From assembly GCA_048128005.1 (NCBI GenBank), contig JBEUKZ010000019.1:620001-684000 (forward strand): DNA of 64,000 bases, written 5' to 3'. Made by a program: the position numbers and the translations under genes. This DNA comes from Veleropilina oligotropha (taxonomy: Eukaryota). Below, in pieces: positions 41,825-51,142 of the stretch (position 1 is its first letter; each line of letters opens with the position of its first letter). Under the pieces are notes generated by a model. The model was not told the DNA's origin, did not search any database, and saw nothing but the letters and a program-made list of their open reading frames with translations.

Positions 41825-42429
41825 TTTTACAAATTTTGAAGCGTCTTTGTTCACTTGACAACAACGTCAGTAAGACAAGTAAAACAAATTGACCGAATAC
41901 AACACGGGACATGTTGAACCATGCATGCACATGCAAATCGAATTTCGCATTGTCGACGATCAACATGGCAAAAATAATTGCTAAAATTCATGAATCCTGA
42001 TAATATAGGTCTAGGCTAATACTGTGTATCTAATTTCATTACACAGTGATTTCTTTAACACAAATACTGTGTACAAATCGGAAGTTTCTTATTTTGTTCA
42101 GTATATTTAATTTTATTACAAAATAATTAGCTTTTTTACCATTACATCAAGAAGAAACATATAGACATTACTACCTGTCACCCCTATTCTATTAATGGGT
42201 AAGGCATCGCAAACAATAGACCTGGCAAAATACCGTCTTCGGCAGTAAGTGTCGAGAAATACTGCGTTCTCATTGGTCGAGAAATTAACTTTGCTTCTAA
42301 TTCTTATTCCGATCCAGGCAGTATTATTCACGCAACTTAATATTACCACCACTTTGAAAATCTTGTCATCACTACTCAAACAGAACAGCAATTCTTTTTG
42401 ACGTGAAAACTTCACTTGTGCATTGCATC

Positions 42430-43230
42430 TTTACAATCCCGTAACGAAGGTGGGGGGGATATATTGGAATCACCCCGTCAGTCCGTCCAGACTACTCCTC
42501 CCGACATGCTGAGCAGAATTCATCGACAAGTATTCATGACACAGCATCATGTAGTTGTTACCAGAGACTGAAACATCGTCCTCTATTAACTTGCCCGGAC
42601 TACTTCTCTCGACATGCTGGACAGATTTCATCGACACCTTGCATACATGATCATGTAGTTGTGCGACGTCAACAAATTTTCCCAGTATGATATTTGACCT
42701 TGCTGTAGTGACTGATAGATTTATAAAAATTGCCCGTTATTACCTTGTCCGGACTGACACTTTGCATACATGATCACTACATCATGTAGTTGTGCAACAG
42801 CGACAAATTTTCCCGGAATGACCTTTGACCTTACTGTAGTGATCTCTAGACTGCTATACATTGTCTGTTATTAACTTGACCGGACTACTCCCAACCTGCT
42901 GGGCAGATTTCATCGACCCTTGGCATACTTGATCATGTAGTTGTGCAACATCGACAAATTTTTCCAGTATGAATTTTGACCTTGCTGTAGTGACCTCTAG
43001 ATTGGTAAAAATCAACCGTTAGTAGCTTGTCCGGACTACTCCTCCCAACCTGCTTAGCAGAATTCATCGACACTGCATACAAGATCACTACATCATGTAG
43101 TTGTGCAACGGCGACAAATTTTCCCAGAATGACCTTGCCGTAGTCTCGTCTAGATTGCCAAACGTCTGTTATTAGCTTGTGTATCTGTGAGTTGGGGGTA
43201 TTAGTTATCCTCTGGATAACAGTTCTAGTT
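42430..43230 (+). mobile_element. HINE-like element with ~145-bp tandem units
   Basis: gtccgtcc microsatellite, repeated catgtagttgtgc..aaattttccc..gaccttg units, ends ttctagtt. Confidence 0.65.
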
Positions 43231-43697
43231 TTAACTTAGACGCCTGTTTTTGTTCATACAAAAGCAACTCCTCTGGTTTTTTTATGTCTTGACCTTTTTT
43301 TTTAGTTTACAGTCTTTTAACACATCATGGTGTTACCATTTCTACCTGATTTAATTAGTTGAAAAGCATCCTTTTCAGATTAGGCTACCAAATGTTTCAA
43401 TATGATTTATTATGGTCCGAGGAAAATATGTTAGATGGAAATTTCAATTAAGCAGCCTTGGTGTTTGGTGAAATCGGTCCCAAATCATTACCTTTGGTAT
43501 GTGAAAAGTTTGCATGTGCCAGCTAACTGATATGATCATTAGCGCTTGTATAAAAGTCCTATGAAGCTACTAAAATGCTTTTATTTGTGTTTTGTTATAG
43601 AACATGCGCACAAGGTTTTGGAAAAACACTTAGGATTAATTGGATAATTTTCAGTAAATTTTATTTCTTAATAATAACAATAATAATTGATACATAA

Positions 43698-43801
43698 TTA
43701 TTGTAACGATTTTCTCTTGAATATCAGCTGTGTCACCGTACTACCAACTTTCCCTCCAAACTGAAATTTTGGTGTGGGGATTTCCATTTGAAGATTCAAA
43801 T
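43698..43801 (-). CDS. EEF1AKMT2: EEF1A lysine methyltransferase 2 (METTL10), terminal coding exon
   Basis: ttttttccag| acceptor; phase 1 matches the upstream exon; DLNLQMEIPTPKFQFGGKVGSTVTQLIFKRKSLQ*, with the family motif PTPKFxFGG. Confidence 0.92.
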
Positions 43802-43934
43802 CTGGAAAAAATTGTAAATTACATAACAATAATGTTGGTCTAGGGACTTTCCAAATGATCACTGCCTCCAGATGGCACCAATTCCATCATTTAAAGATTT
43901 AAATGATAATCAATATTAATCGTATGACCTTGAA

Positions 43935-44050
43935 CATGGGGTCAAATATGTGCTTATTTCCTTGCCCAACGGAAATTGCTGATCTCGGGGGCGAACCCGG
44001 GACTTTGTGACCAGAGTCCGTGAACAACCCAAGGCACCACGATGGCACAC
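43935..44050 (-). mobile_element. tRNA-derived SINE head (degenerate)
   Basis: Minus strand reads cccgggttcgccccc (B-box-like) followed by ttgggcaagg. Confidence 0.45.
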
Positions 44051-44071
44051 ATAAGACGTAAGAGTTAATTT

Positions 44072-46551
44072 GTGTGGAGAAAGGAAATGAGCTTCTAAGT
44101 TGGTTAGATGGCAAGTTGTCGAAACTTATGAAATATACACTTGGGCAAAAGTTAAGCACCACCAATATATTTTTAGATGTTTTACATGGACGTACATTAT
44201 ACATATGCTATGATGCGAGTAGGAATAATTATAATGTTTCCTTGTGACCTGTGACTTTCTGCTGGCGTAAACCCAAAGAAATGACCAATGGAACAATATC
44301 ATTCTAGCTGGTGGGTATTAAACGTTTGGTGACGTCCATGGGTAGGTGGTTTGCAAATGTCATTAGATCGCTTGGTGCTTGCACCAAATCCTGACAATTT
44401 CACGGATAGTTCTTGTCAAATGGTTTGATAACAGATCGCTCGTTCGATCAGAAATATTGGCTGCTGCTTCATACTTAAATGAGATAGAAAAACTTGAAAG
44501 TTAGCATGTTTTTAAATACCAATAAATTAGGATTTGATACTTATTATACCGAATCAACAACACTGACAGACGTGAGATGTGACATATTAGTCAGGCGATT
44601 CAGTGATAAGTTAGTACGTGATCAAACAACGCGTTCTTTTACTACGTTCCAAAAACTTTAGTTCGACGAACTTACATTACTTTTAATTCGACTATTTTAC
44701 TATTAGAATATCCTGTGTCTTGTGATTGCACAACGACTGATCTGTGTTTTGTACAAATTGTACATGAAATCGACATTGAAGGCGAGAAACTCGTGCGAAG
44801 TCAGGCCGATAACTCGTCTGTCGTGGGCAGCGAGAATAAGTCGCTGATTATCGCTCAAGAGGTTGATCCTTGGGCATTTACACTACAAACTGTGGTATTG
44901 CCTACAGAATCCTCGTCGATTCTGAACCGGGCCCCGCTGGGGTTTTCTGACAGTGAAAATGGCGGCGCCCATTACGGAGTTGGACTTGCGTAATATATTG
45001 GTTAGCAATCAATGCATTATCGAAGAACAATCGAAGATTGTCTATAATTACATCGACAACTGCCCACGAAAGCGTTCCGCAGAGACGGCTGTAAATTCTG
45101 ATTCGAATCAGACCATTGTCAAGCGATATAAGCTTGCTGATCAAGAGTTATCCGACAGAGAAATCAATGACACGTTGGAGACTTCAATGCCGCCGTTTGC
45201 CGATGATCGTCACGATATCGATATATCCGATGATTTAGATAAGCTTATCCAACCACCGTCTGCGAATTTACGCGAAGAACTCTAAACGGACGAAGAGCAT
45301 AACAAGGTACTTGCCTCATTACGAGAATTCTTAAAGCAATAAGTTGAATATGGCCCAAAGATAAGCCAAGATTTGGCTAAGGTTGTAAATGATGGATTTC
45401 AGATCCGTGTCTCGGATGAAAAATCTAAAACTTTGACAAAATAGTACAATCGCCCTGAAAATTGTGAGAATATGGTTGTTCCTAGAACAAATGGGGTTGT
45501 TTGGGCTATTTGACAATAGGAACGCAAGATATGGATGCAAATTTGCAACGCATCCAAAATTATCAACTAAAGGCAATTTTTCCAATGACGACTACCTTGG
45601 ACAAACTGCTAGAGGCGAGTAAAAGTGGTAAAGGATTATACGCATCCGAAGCCAATGAATGCCTAGGTCTCGCAATCGACACCTTTAAATTAAACCAAAT
45701 CGGTTTTACGGACATGTCCTTTTGTCGTCGGCACCTAATAAAACCTGATTTGAAACCATGCTACAAGAAACTCTGCAGTGATTCTAACCCGGTGTCAAAA
45801 CATCTCCTGGGAGATAATCTTGAAACTCAAATGAAGGAATAGGATTTGGCGAAACGTCTGTGAAATAAGCGCACCCCAGGTGCTTGGATAGGTACCCCGT
45901 TCAGATCCAACCGTGATTTCCACAATACCTCACAAAGCCCTGCATACGGTCGTCGATCGTTTTATGCAGAGAGTTATTCGAAACCACAACACGTATTCTA
46001 CAGACAGCCGTCTCGTCCGGAAAGTGGCCAGTCTTCGAAGCCTACTAATTTTTTAGGCCGGGGCAAGGCTTAGATCATGGACATGAGGAGCCTCATCTTG
46101 TTTGTGAACAACATGTAAGTCCTGTTGATAATTATATTAACCTTTCAAAACTGAAAAATACACTGGATAATTTTACTGGAGGTAAAATCAAACATTGCCT
46201 TTACTCGTGACATCACCAATATCCGGAACCTAATATGAATTGGGATATTTTCGGAATTTTCACGGTTACTGACATTATTAGACTTCACGTCTTGTGTTCG
46301 AGTTTGAACAAAATCAAACAAGTAGATATCTGTGGACAGACAGAAATACATTTAAACCGCCAAAACCATTGCCCTTCATAACGATGGTAAATATTTTCTG
46401 CCTACAGCATTAAATTTTTAATTATGTATGCTCGATGAACACATTTTTAAAATATGAGGATGCGCTTAACTTTTGCCAACCATATAGATAGTCTTGCACT
46501 AACGTGCTCCACTACTTATTTCATAAGATTCGACAACTTGCCATCTAACCC
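44072..46551 (+). mobile_element. Degenerate DIRS-like retroelement fragment (broken gag plus start of pol) between imperfect inverted repeats
   Basis: Gag-like remnants YNRPENCENMVVPRTN and RRHLIKPDLKPCYKKLCSDSNPVSKHLLGDNL; NFTGGKIKH pol start near 46170; ggttagatggcaagttgtcgaa (44102) is inverted at ~46530-46550. Confidence 0.65.
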
Positions 46552-47064
46552 ATACTATGGTACAGACGGATGAAGCCAAATACGATAATCCCCCAGTTCG
46601 CTTGTGTTGGGGAGCATCAGCAAATGTACATGAGTAATACATTCGATATTTCTTGGTCTTGAAAATGCTTTTGAAACACGATCTTTTGCACAGGTGTATA
46701 GGTGAACAAGGAGTTTTGGAGCCATGAGACTCAAAACCATATCAAATATCCTAACGTGCTCATGAAATGAGGTTTTTAATTAAACCTAATATTAGTTAAA
46801 ACATACTTACGTCCTTACTCTTGCCATAATAGTCATATTATCGCCAACCGGAAACAGTGAATAAAGTCACATTTAGGCACTCCTTTTAAGTCAAACACTA
46901 CGATTACCTCCCCTGCTCCACCTCTCCTAAGTTCCCCCAGCGAGATCTCGCCAAGTCTCGCGAGACTTCCGAGCCATCGAAGTCACAAGACCTCAATTCA
47001 AAGTTCAGAACCCCAAAGGAACTTAGTAGAGGGGAGGAATGCGAAACGCAGGGTGGGTAATCGT

Positions 47065-47155
47065 AGTAAGGACGTAAGTATGTTTTAACTAATATTAGGT
47101 TTAATTAAAAACCTCATATGTAGTTACAAACATACTTACGTCCTTACTCTTGCCA
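47065..47155 (-). other. DIRS internal complementary region (ICR)
   Basis: First half is the reverse complement of the left terminus (46767-46820), second half of the right terminus (54121-54162); junction cctcat|atgtag. Confidence 0.95.
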
Positions 47156-47959
47156 GAATAACCTTGGATAGGTGGGTAAGAAGTTCCTTACAGCAAACCC
47201 AAACAAGATAATGACTTACTTTTCACCATTTCAATCAGCATGAAGTGACGATTGTGTCCGCCCAGAGTGGAATTTACTGAGTATTATATTCAACTCTTAC
47301 CAAGCGAGAATTTCGACCAGTGTTACCGGGAGAATACGCCGTGGTGTTAGTCGGACGAGGTGAAGCGGAAGTGCACTCAGCCCCAGGCACGGCCGGAAGG
47401 ATGAATCCCTGTAGGTCTTACGTGTCATGGACCAGTGGCAGCCAAATGGTACTCCGGCCCAAAGGCAGGTAGCCAGAGGAAGCAGTCGGATTTGTAAGCA
47501 CACGGAACCTTAGTTAGGCTGTGAATATATCAAATCTTAAGCAAAGAATTAATAGATTATTTATAATAATCGATATTAATAAGTGATTCGCATGACCAAC
47601 TTGCGAATAGCTAACATGAGTACAACATGTTACTTAAAATAAATTTTAAGGAAGCAAATATTAAATTTTTTTCAATGTCTTGAACATCGTATGTTCTTTG
47701 TAACAGCCTAGAACATCAATAATATTGAACCTCAAAATTCTATAAGACGTTTATGCAAAATAATTGTTTATTAAATTCAATGTGAACTGGCTTGTCAAAA
47801 TACTCAGGTATGACATGAAAGTATCAAAATCTTAAAATGTTTTTAAGAAATGAACATACATTGAATCGCCTCAGAATGTCTATTTCATAGAATAGCTAGG
47901 CATAACAATAGCATTGCATCAGCACAGATTATGTAAATTGATAAATCAAGGAACAATAC

Positions 47960-50921
47960 TCACTGATTAGACGACCTCGGTCTAACAATACATCGTTGAG
48001 CAGCGACACACTGTAAGCTGCTCAACCCATCAACCCCTGTTAAATAATCCCGCAGGTAATGTTTGACAAAGACATTTGCATTCTTCCAGTAACCTGCTTG
48101 AAGCAACGCTGTGATATTTAAACTGTGTCGGAAGGCAATAGACGCAGCAATTGCACGGACCTCGTGCGCGCGGACCGACAAAGTAGTGCGGTCTACTTCT
48201 TCACAGCGGAGGTATACATCTCTCACTACCTGTGAAATCCACCGCGAAACAGTCGTCTTCGTAATGTCGCGGGTATAAATTGGTAAATACGAAATGAATA
48301 AACGTAATTTTCCCTGCCGCATATCACGGGTCCTGTCGAGGTAGAAGCACGGGGCAGTTTAACCGGTCTACATCGTGCCTTCCGACCAGCGTAAGCTTGG
48401 GGATAATAATATCAGGTGCGTCCTCGTTCGGCCGTTGGTTCTTGGCGAGAAAGCCCAGAATCGGACGCAGCATCACCGACCCGTCTGACTGGAATCGAAT
48501 ATCTCGTAGCTCGGCGGATAAACTATGAATCTCGGAACAACGCCTGCCCGACGCTAAGGCGATCAGAAAAACCGTTTTGTGCGTTAAGTTCCTCATAGAC
48601 ACCGTGGACATCGGCTCGTACGGGGGTAAGTGTAGAGCGTTAAGAATGAGAACGATATTCCAGGCAGGTGGCCGTATGGTTCGGGTCGGCATCTCGAGCT
48701 CGTAGGATCGTATAAAATCCGAAATCGTTCGGTCGCTAGATAGGCCAACATGGGCACGACACTGTTTCAACGTGGTCGCGATCGTTGCCCGATAGCCTTT
48801 GACGGCGGACACTGACATACCGCGTTCAAAGAGCGACGATAAAAACTCGATAAACTTGTTCACAGGGGGGCGGAGAATATTGACCTGCCGGCTGTGACAC
48901 CAATCCACGTACTTAACCCATCGGTAGTCATAAACTTTTGTCGTGGAAAGCCTTCTCGATCGGTAGATGCGTAGGGCTGTTGCGTGAGAAAATCCTTTCT
49001 TAGCAAGGGATTGTTCGATAACCGCCAGGCGTGTAAACGTAAGTCGTTCGGCGATGGATGTAGTACACGGGTGCGTGGCTGCATTAACAGGTCCGGTTTC
49101 TGCGGGAGCGCTAACGGTCGATCGACGATCAGATCGAGGAGGCTCGGAAACCAAGGTTGCGTGCGATACAGGGGTGCGATTAGCGTTATCTCGCAACGTT
49201 CGTTCGATGCCTTCTGTAATACCAGTGTCAGAATGCACGACGGGGGGAAGGCATACGCGGACAGATTCTCCCATGTCATTGACAGTGCGTCGACCGCTAG
49301 GGCGGCCGGGTCCGGGTACGGGGAGACATACAGAGGTAGTCGGTAATTGAATTCTGTTGCAAACAGATCGACTTGGGGTTGCGACCACCGGCGGCAAACG
49401 TCCCGAGCTACTCGGCTGTGTAGCGTCCACTCTGTGTGTATTATCTGTGATTTCCGAGAGAGCGAATCCGCTCTGACATTCAGCTTTCCCGGGATGTGTC
49501 GGGCTCGAATCGTTGAGTTGAGGGACATCACTAGGCGGTGTAGGTCTATTGCTCGGTCGCAAAGGGGACGCGAGCGAGTGCCGCCCTGGTGCTGGATGTA
49601 AGCGACGACAGTCGTGTTGTCCGTGGCGAGCATTATGTGCTTGTTGCGGAGATGTGACGAGAGGGACCGTACTGACAGGTAGACGGCTTCTAACTCTAGG
49701 AAGTTGATATGTCGTCCCTGAAGGTCCGTCGGCCATAGGCCTGATGTCTCGTAACTGTCGAGGTGACCACCCCAGCCGTCGTTCGAAGCGTCTGTGAACA
49801 GGTAAGCGTTCGGCTCTGGCGGGGATATAGGAACCGACTGGTCCGGCAAAGCAGGGTTCAACCACACTGCTGTCGTGTTGGTAAACCAATGCCGAAGATC
49901 GATGCGATCCGTCCACTGCCCCGTCCGTTGTATCCAGCGATCCCTGAACGCCTGTTGTAACGGTCGTTTGTCCATGCGACCCGTCGGTAGCAGGGTCGCT
50001 ACCGACTCGATGTGCCCCAGGACAGTGGCCAGTTGTCGCGCTGTAGTTATGTCCGATGACAGGGTGTCTTGGATAACCGCGCGTAGGTTCCGCATACGTT
50101 TCTGGGTCGGTTTCGCGGTGTACCGGACCGTATCGAAGTCGACTCCGAGGAACGTAAACGTCGTCGAGGGCACGAAGCAGGACTTTGTCTCGTTGATCTG
50201 AAATCCCAGGCGCTTCGTCGATGACAGGGTAAAGCTCGTAGACCGGAGGCACAGATCCCGGGACGCCCCGAGGATCAGCCAGTCGTCGAGGTACATATGT
50301 ACCCTGTGCCCTAGAGAGTGTAGGAAGGCTCCGAGGGCCTGTACTGTTCTCGTGAAGACGTACGGGGCTGACGATAGACCGAACGGTAGGCACCTGAATT
50401 GGTAGATCGTCTCCCCGTGTAAAAACCGAAGGTACTGATGAGCCGTGATATGCATCGGGACATGCAGATACGCGTCGGTCAGATCGATAGACGCTGCCCA
50501 GTCTCCCGGACGGATGGCCACTCGTATCTTCGAGAGGGTTTCTTGCTGGAATTTCTCGGTACGAAGATATCGGTTGAGATGCGAGAGATCGAGGATCGGT
50601 CGCCAGCGGCCATCGGGTTTCGGGACCAGGAAGAAATGGCTGTAAAATCCTGGTGTGCTGGGCGGCGCGGGATATATCGCTCTTTTTAGGAGCAAATCCT
50701 GCACTGCCTGGTCTAAGACCGCTTGTTTCTCTCCGTTTAGGAGGCGAGCGTGTCTTGGTGGTGGTGCCTCGGTTAGGGTCGGATGCCGGTTGAATGCCAA
50801 CTTGTATCCGGCACTCACGACTACGTGGACCCAGCTGCTGTCTGTTAGTTCCAACCACGACTGGCTGTACGCTAACAGACACGCTCCCACCGGCGGAAGC
50901 GGGCAGCTGGGACCGTCGCAA
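47960..50921 (-). pseudogene. DIRS tyrosine recombinase ORF, frameshifted near 48347
   Basis: LIALASGRRCSEIHSL and CPV in one frame; RAHEVR, AGYW and KHYL in another; alignment with the copy near 56360 (CPVRALRYYLDRT) indicates an 11-bp deletion. Confidence 0.9.
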
Positions 50922-51142
50922 ATGCCGGCAGCCCTAGGGCCGAGGCTTCCCTCTCCCGCTCTGCTTACGGGGTTTCGCTGGAGGTGCTCGCCTCGTCGGA
51001 GTGGGTTTATTGGCCGGAGGCCTACCACCCGAAGAGGGATTCGCACGCTTAGAAGGCTTCGGGGTCCGGGTGGGCCCTGAGCGCTTCCTCGAGTCGGCAG
51101 GTGGACCCCGGGTAGGGTGCAGTACCGCCTTCTCGATGGCAC
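48860..51142 (-). CDS. DIRS pol: reverse transcriptase, RNase H and adenine-methyltransferase-like domain
   Basis: WRPILDLSHLN, IDLTDAYLHVP, LPFGLSSAP, YLDD; RNase H TDAS, HINFLEL, TDNTT, NVRADSLSR; MT-like VDLFA..DAL..W..YAFPP..PWFP. True start uncertain. Confidence 0.95.
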   Translation of the reverse strand: MPSRRRYCTLPGVHLPTRGSAQGPPGPRSLLSVRIPLRVVGLRPINPLRRGEHLQRNPVSRAGEGSLGPRAAGICDGPSCPLPPVGACLLAYSQSWLELTDSSWVHVVVSAGYKLAFNRHPTLTEAPPPRHARLLNGEKQAVLDQAVQDLLLKRAIYPAPPSTPGFYSHFFLVPKPDGRWRPILDLSHLNRYLRTEKFQQETLSKIRVAIRPGDWAASIDLTDAYLHVPMHITAHQYLRFLHGETIYQFRCLPFGLSSAPYVFTRTVQALGAFLHSLGHRVHMYLDDWLILGASRDLCLRSTSFTLSSTKRLGFQINETKSCFVPSTTFTFLGVDFDTVRYTAKPTQKRMRNLRAVIQDTLSSDITTARQLATVLGHIESVATLLPTGRMDKRPLQQAFRDRWIQRTGQWTDRIDLRHWFTNTTAVWLNPALPDQSVPISPPEPNAYLFTDASNDGWGGHLDSYETSGLWPTDLQGRHINFLELEAVYLSVRSLSSHLRNKHIMLATDNTTVVAYIQHQGGTRSRPLCDRAIDLHRLVMSLNSTIRARHIPGKLNVRADSLSRKSQIIHTEWTLHSRVARDVCRRWSQPQVDLFATEFNYRLPLYVSPYPDPAALAVDALSMTWENLSAYAFPPSCILTLVLQKASNERCEITLIAPLYRTQPWFPSLLDLIVDRPLALPQKPDLLMQPRTRVLHPSPNDLRLHAWRLSNNPLLRKDFLTQQPYASTDREGFPRQKFMTTDGLSTWIGVTAGRSIFSAPL

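Larger units (their letters stand above)
39366..42101 (-). mobile_element. Degenerate Tc1/mariner transposon, copy 2, both TIRs present, with nested inserts
   Basis: TA|ccgaataaaataagaaacttc ... gaagtttcttattttgttcag|TA; remnants ISVQTVLNRLRENALHARRP and IFQHDNATS. Confidence 0.85.

Noticed and set aside
47156..47960. Hammerhead ribozyme in the DIRS 3' region or elsewhere
   Set aside because: I found no CTGANGA...GAAA core with a valid stem II by eye; a covariance-model scan would be needed to exclude variants.
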